DNA of 64,000 nt from Candidatus Oxydemutatoraceae bacterium. GTDB lineage: Bacteria > Pseudomonadota > Gammaproteobacteria > Poriferisulfidales > Oxydemutatoraceae. Made by a program: the position numbers and the translations under genes. Within the stretch, counting starts at the first letter, position 1; every line of letters begins with the position of its first letter. The notes under the pieces were generated by a model that saw only the letters and a program-made list of their open reading frames with translations, did not search any database and was not told the origin of the DNA. Shown here piece by piece: positions 55,701 through 62,100 of this stretch. Where the stretch lies: positions 1,024,001 to 1,088,000 of the forward strand of contig CBDCOZ010000003.1 in the NCBI GenBank assembly GCA_965220085.1, in the 5' to 3' direction.

Positions 55701-58670
55701 AATGTCTTGGAGAGCCTGACTGCGACAGACTCCGACGAGGATGCCAACACGATAGCGGAGACGGCGACTACGGGTACCGCGGTGGCCGGCATAGTTTTCG
55801 CGGCGACCGACGAAGGCGGCAGGCCGGTGACAGAAGGGCTGACTTGGAGCTTGGCGGCTGATCCGAGCGGCTTGTTTGCGATTAGCACCGGCGGCGAAGT
55901 GACATTGATTGGCACGGCGGACTACGAGACGACCCCGACCCACACGGTGATGGTTCAAGTCGCAAAAGGCGGCACCACTTCGTCGGCGGTCGCACTGACG
56001 ATAGATGTGACGAATATTCCGGAGACACTGACCGTAACAAATGCCGACAGCACGGGGACAGCCATGATTGCGGTCGCGGAGAACGCAATCATAGGCACCA
56101 GGGTGCCGGGCATCCGGCTTATCGTGACCGACGAAGCGGGCACGGAAGTGGCGGAAGGGCTGACTTGGAGTTCAACCAGCACCTTGTTTATGGTCAATCC
56201 GGCTACCGGCGTGATTGCGACAAGCGCCGCATTGGATTATGAGACTGCGACGAGCCACACGATAACAGTCACGGCGGCTTCCGGCGGTGTCAGCGGCAGC
56301 ATCGGCTTGACGATAGATGTGGAGGATGTGCTGGAGACGCTGGCGATTACAGACGACGATCCTGCCGCTAATACAATTCCCGAGAATGCGTCGATTGCCT
56401 CAGTGGCGGGTGTGGATTTGACCGTGGCGGATGAAGGCGGCAATCCCGTAACCGGAGTGGCCTGGGCCCTGACCGATAACGCCGGCGGCAGGTTTGAAAT
56501 CAATCCGAACTTTGACTTGATTACAGCGACAGCGCCGTTGGATTATGAATCATCGACAAACTTCGTGATAATGGTTCGCGCCACAAGCGACGGGGTGAAT
56601 TCCGCCTCGTTCCCGATGACGATAGAGGTGACGAATGTATTTGAGACCTTGAAAATTGTTGATAACAATGCCGCTGACAATACGATTGCCGCAAACGCCG
56701 ACACAGGCGCCATAGTTGACGGTGTTGAACTGGAGGCAATCCCTGACATCGACGAAGGTCGCTCCATAGCATGGATGTTGGTCGATAACTCCGAGGGGCT
56801 GTTCCAAATAGATGCGCACACCGGTGTCATCAGCCTGATGAGCGGCGGCGCGCTGGATTATGATGCGAGGCAGAGCCACACTGTGAGAGTGCAAGCTCAG
56901 GCAGTCGGCGGTCCTGAAGGCAGCGAGGATGTGCGGTCCAATGTGTTGGAAGTGATAATTGCAGTAGGGACAGACTACGACCGTGACGACGATAACCTGA
57001 TAGAAATCACGACACTGGAACAACTCGACGCGGTGCGCTACGATCTGGATGGCGACGGCAAGCCGTCTACGGGCAGCCAGACTGCTTATGAAATGGCATT
57101 CCCCGACGCCGCCGTTGCCATGGGTTGTGCCAGCGCCTGCACCGGATATGAATTATTGAACGGGCTTGATTTCGCCGCCACGACGAATACGGCATGGACA
57201 AGCGGCGAAGGTTGGGAGCCGATTGGCGATGGCGGCAATCACTTTACGGCGATATTCAATGGCAATGGCAATACGATTGCCAACCTGCATATCAACCGCA
57301 ACGCGGACAGCCAAGGCTTGTTCGGCGTGATTGGCGGCAATGGCACGGTAACAAATGTCGGCGTGACCGGTTCGGTGACTAGCGATGGCTATATTTACGC
57401 CGGCGGCTTGGCAGGCCGATCGTATGGCGGCGCGATAGAGCGGTCTTACTCAACAGTGTCAGTGAATATTGACGATGGGATAGCCGGCTCATTGCTGGGC
57501 TTTGGCACCGGCGGCGAGGTGCGCGCAAGTTATGCGACCGGCAATGTGCATAGCGGCGGTTCTTATGCGGGCGGTTTAATCGCCGGTACTAATGCTGACA
57601 GCAGGGCAGAGCATGTCTATGCAACCGGATATGTAAACGTGACCGATTCGGATCGTGGATTAGTTGGCGGTTTATTTGGCGCCTTCACTAATCGACTCAG
57701 CCTGATTAATTATGCTTACTCCACCGCGTTTGTTAATCCTACTGCGCGATTCAGAGGCGGTATCAGCGGAGGAAACGAGTCCAGTAACAGCATATTTGCC
57801 TCTGTTTATTGGGATACCGAAACCTCCGGTGTGACTGCTGCAGTCGGAGCGGGCGTTTCCGACGGTATCACGGCGCAGACAACCGCCGGATTGCAAACTC
57901 CGACAACCTACACCGGCATCTATGCCAACTGGAACGCGAATGATGCCGATGGCAATCCGACCGATTATTGGGACTTCGGTGAGAACGACGAATACCCGGC
58001 ATTGAAGATTGACTTTAACAACGACGACAGGGCGAGCTGGCAGGAGTTTGGTTGTCAGTTGCGCCAAGGCCCGATAGGGTTGGGAATTGCGCCTGGCAAT
58101 ACGGACACGGCAATATTGAACTGGACAGCGCCCGACACATCGCATTGTGCTAACGCGGGGATTACGTATCGCGTCTATCGTGGCGGGGTGGCGCTCGCAT
58201 CGACTGCGGCTGTAACATATACGGCGCCCGGGGCAACGGAAGGCGCCACATACTATGTCGCGGCGGTTATCAACGGCGGCGAGGCGAGTCGCTCCGCAAT
58301 AGCTTACAGTCCGCCCATCCCCCCGGCATTGACGATTGCGGATAGCAACGATGCTGACAATGCCATCGCCGGAGATGCGGCGGCAGGTACGGAGGTATCC
58401 GGCATTGAACTGATTGTGCGCGATGAGAACGGCGCGGATGTGACGGATGATGTGAGCTGGGAGTTGACCGATAACGCGGACGGCATGTTCGCAATAAACG
58501 CCGAGGGCGTAATCACTGTCGCAGGCGCGTTGACCGCAGGAGATCAAACGATAACGGTTCAAGCCGAAAGGGACGGAGTGACTTCGGATCCGTTTGAGTT
58601 GATAATAACTGTGGAAGCCAGCGTGCTGAGGTTGCGTCTGCGCCTCTTCTTGGAAGGCCCGTTGCGATAG
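43713..58670 (+). CDS. Giant secreted adhesin-like protein: 3 GLUG-type modules, roughly 30 cadherin-like repeats, 3 Cys-rich modules, ending LRLRLFLEGPLR
   Basis: Signal ending PVAA|Q; DYDxDDDGLIEI..LEQL, FNGNGH..GLFG and GGL.G repeats; ..I.ENA..GT.V..W.L..LFAI..G.I..LDYE cadherin repeats; true start may be GTG 43809. Confidence 0.88.
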   Translation: MPLPLFLRRRSNRRGRHACYFVCRFMRMGSKGVTGVRHRLLLGAFAIATTVLAYPVAAQTDYDSDDDGLIEITTLEQLDAIRFDFDGDGVPGESTPTYAEAFPDAADNMVQMGCPGGICSGYELMNDLDFDDPTSYAASTANTAWTSDAGWPAIGNATDSFSATFNGNGHTIANLHIDDSTRLQGLFGYVSGTVSNIGVTGAASVFTGGGVAGLLRDGTVERSYSTVSVNGDSSVGSLLGLLVPGTVRLSYATGVVFVSAGLGGASGGLLGASSDDDPSGSNKAEHVYATGFVDRDRGGANNSAGGLLGSPGLLELQYAYTTALVGGSGGQSGGLAGGNDDDFSATAVYWDTEASGRAVAIPSAAKTGVDGRTAAELQAPTTYAGIYANWDEGDTADYWDFGNASQYPALKIDFDNNSDASWEEFGYQLREGPRLREGLQRVTQDKIDFDLRWSAPDTSHWDSPPQISYRIYRDGSALEIGADDIGETLDANGDTVYSYADAGLSGDTVHIYHIAAVVGGGEPSRSAIVFEADYDRDDDGLIEINTLEQLNAIRWDPDGDGKPANASSRTYAEAFPGITDNTGCPDTCGGYELINDLDFEDPRSYAVADPLDYDWIDNPDDGNAEEGWPPISGFTATFNGNGHAVYNLYVSRNANDQGLFGSVSGTITNIGITGLIVSPVFFAGGLAGQLNNGGMIEKSYSAVAVEDGIWSGSLAGMMNGGAAVRLSYASGVVNASANAGGLLGVTLDALIPNTTTETLEHVYATGFVDASDAGNAGGLTATVGALRLKYIYATALVSGSGEGSSGLGGYDEAGFAATAVYWDTETSNQSVGVATRSGMPVTGVEGKTTAELQAPTTYTGIYANWDEGDTADYWDFGTAEQYPALKIDFDNNDMARWQEFGYQLREGPQNVEISAASATGITLSWTAPDTSHWDNPPSVTYALYRDGAPLSLAADAIAETADANGDVVYSYADLGASADTAYRYHIAATVNGGEPSRSYVFAGRLGVTDRDAALNTIAESGTTGTAVSGLRLSVTEMGAAPFGDVIWGLDDPTDTFGISAASAEIGLLASDTLDYASTRTYSVAVTATLDGTELPPLPLTINVLNDIENVRVQDDDPSPNRVLENTPIDTPISGLSLAAYEMPASGGSVELEQATWSLADNADFDPYTGGIFAIDAAAGTLTLVAAADYETSSQHSVWAVAAVTHPITGDVLRGGERFEVRVVNIPETLTIMDGDPAANTIAENATTGTAVTGIALQAHEDDLPLTGGADFRWELTDTAADLFAIDPVSGEITLVASGMLNYEDIGARTHSVTVRAVAGAVVSDDLELTISVLNVPDTLTIIDSDMNANTIAENAVANMPVTGIVLSASDEAGATVSAVTWSVASSPTDLFTIDAGGAVRLSASDTLDYETTTMHTIEVRGMADGIRSDTLSLTIVVTDFDETIVPPTVTDADPAANTIAENSTDTAVSGVALAAIRDGNQLSDITWILTDDADGLFVIATDTGVIKTATDRAPDYEAAVRHAVTAVAIAADGSIVALDLPIEVRNVPESLTIADSDTNANAIAENATTGTEVAGINLTVTDEGGDGVSGVSWSLESTPTGLFGIDTDGVITLAASGRLDYDAGARNHSVMVTAAAAGYQSATATLTINVTNVLEELKIANRSTGTTIALAEDATTGTGTVVPGIDLEVTDEADREVTEGLTWSLVTNPGNLFAISTTSGEITLAGKLNYEAATQHTVMVQAAKGEINSAPFSLTIRVTVSCAAPATLNSATNVCECSAPNVGMGSDCQAPSVQVCGALMPPKFFRETACVDFVFCDAPMVLDAMTNTCVPPQLRIADTAEGANEIAETATTDTEIAGVTLEAQYPAGVAVSGVTVTWGLSDNADGLFTIGSASGVITLAASGRLDYDAGARNHSVMVTAAAAGYQSATATLTINVTNVLEELKIANRSTGTTIALAEDATTGTGTVVPGIDLEVTDEADREVTEGLTWSLVTNPGNLFAISTTSGEITLAGKLNYEAATQHTVTVQAAKGEINSAPFSLTIRVTVSCAAPATLNSATNVCECSAPNVGMGSDCQAPSVQVCGALMPPKFFRETACVDFVFCDAPMVLDAMTNTCVPPQLRIADTAEGANEIAETATTGTEIAGVTLEAQYPAGVAVSGVTVTWGLSDNADGLFTIGSTSGVITLAASGRLDYDAGARNHSVMVTAAAAGYQSATATLTINVTNVLEELKIANRSTGTTIALAEDATTGTGTMVPGIDLEVTDEADREVTEGLTWSLVTNPGNLFAISTTSGEITLAGKLNYEAATQHTVTVQAAKGEINSAPFSLTIRVTVSCAAPATLNSATNVCECSAPNVGMGSDCQAPSVQVCGALMPPKFFRETACVDFVFCDAPMVLDAMTNTCVPPQLRIADTAEGANEIAETATTDTEIAGVTLEAQYPAGVAVSGVTVTWGLSDNADGLFTIGSASGVITLAASGRLDYDAGARNHSVMVTAAAAGYQSATATLTINVTNVLEELKIANRSTGTTIALAEDATTGTGTVVPGIDLEVTDEADREVTEGLTWSLVTNPGNLFAISTTSGEITLAGKLNYEAATQHTVMVQAAKGEINSAPFSLTINVLNVLEELKVANGGSGEIALAENATIDTVVPGIALEVTDEDDNTVSGVEWSLASAPSGLFAIGSTSGVITLAASGRLDYDAGARNHSVTVTAAAADYEPSTLTLIINVLNVLEELAISDSDAAAAMISEAAVFGSALTGVALTVSAEEGGTIPDLTWRLSRNPNRAFAIASTNGAITLAREGVLDFETAPSIDIEVIATPRNIRTEVPESNPFPITVTVTNALETLEVDDTARADNSISENAATGTAVAGVVLEATDEDANLVSGVTWILKSTPADLFTIDNNPGVIRLVAGGRLDFETTPSVAVMVQAAKGEIESAPLSLTIAVEDALENLTVRDSNADANRIAEDAATGTQVLGIALSASETDNPVSGVKWSLSDASGLFAIGADTGVISLIAGGSLDFATTPSVAVMVQAEKDEITSDPLDLTITVLDTDENIRIVDTAGDDLFAAIDEDAEAGDALSGLALVARDAAANVLTGVVWSLNDDADSRFAIATDTGVITVAGMLDYETTPTHTVVIRATHEGNSSDFVLQVNVGNVLETLAVTDSDDDANTITENATSGTAVSGIALRVTDEGSRPVTEGLDWILASDPSGLFAISTDGAITATAPLDYETTPTTHTVMVQVAKGDITSSAVELTIDVGNVLELLTVTDSDEDDNTIAETATSGTAVAGIALAVTDEGGRPVTEGLTWSLVTNPGNLFAISVSGGEIALAGEADYETTPTHVLRVAAAADGISDAIELTVEVQNALETLMISDRDDDANEIVENVATATAVSGIDLAALDEAGTEVTDGLVWRLTENADGRFAIDSDSGVITAGRAFDYETSTQTSFSVTVAVTKDGVDSAPLSLSIALRNVLESLTLEDINAAANGIDENALAGVAVSGISFVARDEAGNEVTAGLTWTLPESAGDLFVISNQGVISVTKVTSEALDAENVADYALQARVSKDGVDSNIADVPVVVRNLLEELTIANGGSGAIALAEDATTGAVVPGIALTATDEGGNAVSSATWSLTDASGLFAISADTGVISLIAANTLDYDIEALRSHTVRAQASKDGVVSGPFALTIDVTDVLETLQIVDNNPAEDTIIENAASGTAVSGIELAAENEAGDSVRDVLWSLTDNAGGLFAISTAGAITATAPLDHETTPTHAVIVRAEKDGINSAPFLLTIAVGDVLERLTVADGNADANRIAEDATSGTQVLGITLSASDEKSEAVTDVTWSLSDDAGGRFAISADTGVISLIADSGLNFATTPSVAVTVQAEKDGVHSAGFELPITVLEVNENVLIVDIEGDDAFATIDEDATTGTMLSGARLVARDADSAELMTGVTWSLSDAAGGLFAIATDTAVITLTGMLDYETTPTHTVVIRATHEGNSSNFVLQVNVGNVLESLTATDSDEDANTIAETATTGTAVAGIVFAATDEGGRPVTEGLTWSLAADPSGLFAISTGGEVTLIGTADYETTPTHTVMVQVAKGGTTSSAVALTIDVTNIPETLTVTNADSTGTAMIAVAENAIIGTRVPGIRLIVTDEAGTEVAEGLTWSSTSTLFMVNPATGVIATSAALDYETATSHTITVTAASGGVSGSIGLTIDVEDVLETLAITDDDPAANTIPENASIASVAGVDLTVADEGGNPVTGVAWALTDNAGGRFEINPNFDLITATAPLDYESSTNFVIMVRATSDGVNSASFPMTIEVTNVFETLKIVDNNAADNTIAANADTGAIVDGVELEAIPDIDEGRSIAWMLVDNSEGLFQIDAHTGVISLMSGGALDYDARQSHTVRVQAQAVGGPEGSEDVRSNVLEVIIAVGTDYDRDDDNLIEITTLEQLDAVRYDLDGDGKPSTGSQTAYEMAFPDAAVAMGCASACTGYELLNGLDFAATTNTAWTSGEGWEPIGDGGNHFTAIFNGNGNTIANLHINRNADSQGLFGVIGGNGTVTNVGVTGSVTSDGYIYAGGLAGRSYGGAIERSYSTVSVNIDDGIAGSLLGFGTGGEVRASYATGNVHSGGSYAGGLIAGTNADSRAEHVYATGYVNVTDSDRGLVGGLFGAFTNRLSLINYAYSTAFVNPTARFRGGISGGNESSNSIFASVYWDTETSGVTAAVGAGVSDGITAQTTAGLQTPTTYTGIYANWNANDADGNPTDYWDFGENDEYPALKIDFNNDDRASWQEFGCQLRQGPIGLGIAPGNTDTAILNWTAPDTSHCANAGITYRVYRGGVALASTAAVTYTAPGATEGATYYVAAVINGGEASRSAIAYSPPIPPALTIADSNDADNAIAGDAAAGTEVSGIELIVRDENGADVTDDVSWELTDNADGMFAINAEGVITVAGALTAGDQTITVQAERDGVTSDPFELIITVEASVLRLRLRLFLEGPLR
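48536..51555 (+). repeat. Near-identical intragenic tandem repeat, about 3.5 x 858 bp
   Basis: Identical shadow ORFs at 48629, 49487, 50345 and 51203; the 286-aa unit is two cadherin-like domains plus an 8-Cys module. Confidence 0.96.
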
Positions 58671-58900
58671 CGCGAGTACCCCGCGGCGAAGGAGGGGAAT
58701 GTCAGGGGATGTACAAGGAATAAGGCGGGATACCCAAGGCATTCGGGCATTTCATAATCATCTGATAGACTGTCTGTTATGATTTAATACTTAACAACCA
58801 TATTACGGAGCGCTGTATGATATCAATGACACCCATCGCACAATATTTGATTCATGTGTCCAAGTATGTCTTGGCATCAGATGCCTTGCAATCCGACGCC

Positions 58901-59135
58901 CGGCGAAACAACGAGAAACCGCCTTCAAGTCGCTCGCACAATCATGAAGGCGCTATCGAGCGCTACAACGCCCGGCGAAACAACGAGAAGCCGCCTTCAA
59001 GTCGCCCGCAAAATCATGAGGGCGTTGCCTTGCGCCGCAACACTCGGCGAAACAACGAGAAGCCGCCTTCAAGTCGCCCGCAAAATCATGAGGGCGTTGC
59101 CTTGCGCCGCAACACTCGGCAAAACAACGAGAAGC
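58901..59135. repeat. Tandem array, about 3.3 x 72 bp, in the leader of the second giant gene
   Basis: CGGCRAAACAACGAGAA at 58901, 58973, 59045 and 59117. Confidence 0.93.
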
Positions 59136-59193
59136 CACCGCAAGACAATGAAGGAACTAATGAGAACTGTAATGCTGTGCATAATAACAGAAA

Positions 59194-62100
59194 ATGCCCC
59201 CCCCCCCCCCCCCCCCCTGTACGTACAAAGAGAATGATGGAAAGGGACAATACGCGAACCACTTTGTCTGCCGCTCCATGCGAAAGGGGAGCAAGAGGGT
59301 GACCGGCATTCGGCATCTGCTTGGCACACTCGCTATTGCGACGGCAGTTTTGGCACATCCCGTCGCGGCACAGACAGACTACGACACCGACGACGACAAC
59401 CTGATAGAAATCACCAAGTTGGAGCAACTCAATATGCTCCGTCACGACCTGGATGGCGACAGTTCTGTCGCCGCGGATGTTCTTGACGATTACCAGGCGG
59501 CATTTGTCGATTCCATCAGCGACATGGGTTGCCCGGACACGTGCATGGGTTACGAGCTCCGCGCCGATCTGGACTTCAACAACGACAACGACTACCGCGA
59601 CACCGACAACAAAAGCGCTTGGACCACCGGCGCCGGCTGGATGCCGATAGGCGATCTGGACTCCCCGTACGCCGCCGTACTCAACGGCAACGGCCACACC
59701 GTTCGCAACTTGCATATCGCTCGCGACAGGAGCGACCAAGGTTTGTTCGGCGTCATCAGCGGCGCGACGATTCGCAACATCGGCGTGACCGGGACAGTCG
59801 GCGCACTCGACAGCAACCGTATCGGCGGTCTGGTCGGCTACGGCAGCGACAGCGTGATAGCGGACAGCTACTCGGCGGTCGCGGTCGAAGGCGGACAACA
59901 TGTCGGTTCGTTGGCCGGCCTTACCGCGGCAGGCTCGGCCATCCGCCGCAGTTACGCCACCGGCAATGTCTATGCTAACTTTGAGTCGGGCGGTCTGCTC
60001 GGCGCGGACGACCACCGCGCGACGCCCGGAATCGTCGAGTACGCCTACGCCGCCGGCTATGTGGATCTGACCCGCGGCGGCGACATGGCGAGGGGCGGCG
60101 GCCTGATCGGCAACCTGGGCGATGTGCGCGTTCTATATAGCTACTCCGTCGCCCTGCTCAACCCGGGCGCAAGCGTAAGCGGCGGTATCGGCGGCATTGC
60201 CGATGACATATCTTGTCTGTCTTTTTCGTCTTCAATTCTTTCATCGTGTATTGATCCTACGGACGATGGCGACCGTCTTGCGGACATCGCCATAGCCATC
60301 GCCGTCTACTCGGATAGCGAGACATCGGGCAAGATCAATGCGCTCGGAACCTTTGTGCCGTCGCTCGCCGGCATCACCGGCAGGACGACCGCGCAACTCC
60401 AAAACCCGACCGCATACGCCGGCATCTATGCTAACTGGGACGACGATGGCAACGATTACTGGGACTTCGGCAGCGCCGAGCAATACCCGGCGCTGAAGAT
60501 TGACTTTGACAACGACGACACGGCGACTTGGCAAGAATTCGGTTATCAGTTGCGCGAAGGCCCGCGCTTCTTCAGAAAGCGCGGCAGCGGCGCCTCCAGA
60601 ACGCTGAGTTGGTCCGCGCCAATCACATCGCACTGGAGCAATCCGCCGCCGGTGACCTACGCCCTCTATCGTGACGGGGTGGCATTGAATGTCGGCGCGA
60701 ACGCAATCACAGAGCGCGTCGGCGCCGACGGCGTCACCGTCTATTCCCACACCGATAGCGGCTTGCGCGCCGACGCCGTCTACGATTACAACATCGCGGC
60801 TGTCATAAACGGCGGCGAAGCATCGCGCAACATCACAGAGCGCGTCGGCGGCGCCGCCGACTACGATCGCGACGACGACGGGCTGATAGAAATCACGACA
60901 TTGGAACAACTCGCCGCAATCCGCTACGACTTAAACGGCGATGGCGCCGTCGCCAGAGGGGCGTGGCCGGACTACGCGGCGGCCTTCGTCGATGCCATGG
61001 TCGGCATGGGTTGCCCCGGCGACTGTATCGGCTATGAGTTGCAAAACGATCTGGACTTCGACAACGACGATGACTACCGCGACCTCGCCAACAAAAGCGC
61101 TTGGACCGCCGGCGCCGGCTGGGCGCCGCTCGGAAGCGCTGACGAACCCTTTGCGGCGACGTTTGACGGCGGCGGTCACACGATCCGCTCCCTCTTCATC
61201 GCCCGCAGCGCGCAACGTCAAGGGTTGTTCGGATATGCCGTCAATGCGACGATCCGCAACGTCGGCGTGACCGGTTCCGTCGATGCGGATGACCATCTCT
61301 ATGTCGGCGGTCTGGTCGCGCAAAGCGACGCCGGCACGATAGAGGGCAGCTACTCGGCGGCGGAAGTCGAAGGCCGAGCCTATGTCGGTTCGCTGGTCGG
61401 CTTCGCCAGCGCCGGCTCTGCCATCGTGCGCAGTTATGCGACCGGCAACGCATATGCCGACACCGAAGCGGGCGGTTTGCTCGGCAGAGACAACCACCAC
61501 CGGGCGCGCGGAACCGTCACGCACAGCTACGCCACCGGCTATGTCGATGTCACCCGCGGCGGCAGCCTGGCGAGTAGCGGCGGTCTGATCGGCAACCTGG
61601 GCGATGCGGCGGTGCGCTACGGCTATGCCACCGGGCTGGTTCGCCCCGGCGACGCCAGCGGCGGCTTCGGCGGTATGCGTGACGATGCCGCCGAAGCCGT
61701 TGCCGTCTACTGGGACCGCGAGACCTCGGGCCGGAGCAACGCGCTCGGCCGAGGCGACCTCGCCGGCGTTGAGGGCAAGACCGCCGCCGAACTCCAAGCC
61801 CCGACGACCTACACCGGCATCTACGCCGGCTGGAATAGCGACGGCAGCGACTACTGGGACTTCGGCAGCGCCGAACAATACCCGGCGCTGAAGATCGACT
61901 TTGACGGCGACGGCACAGCGAGTTGGCAAGAATTCGGCTACCAGTTGCGCGAAGGCCCGCGCGATGCGACGGCGATACGCGTCGATCACGCCAACGTGCT
62001 GGTCTGGAACGCGCCCGATACAAGCCACTGGCCTTCGCTGTCAGCCGTCGCGTATGCCGTCTATCGCGATGGCGCGGTGATAAGCGAAGCGGAAAATATC

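Noticed and set aside
43713-58670. RTX/T1SS substrate or autotransporter
   Set aside because: It has an N-terminal signal peptide, no GGxGxD nonapeptide run, no C-terminal beta-barrel or terminal aromatic residue, and no adjacent transporter genes
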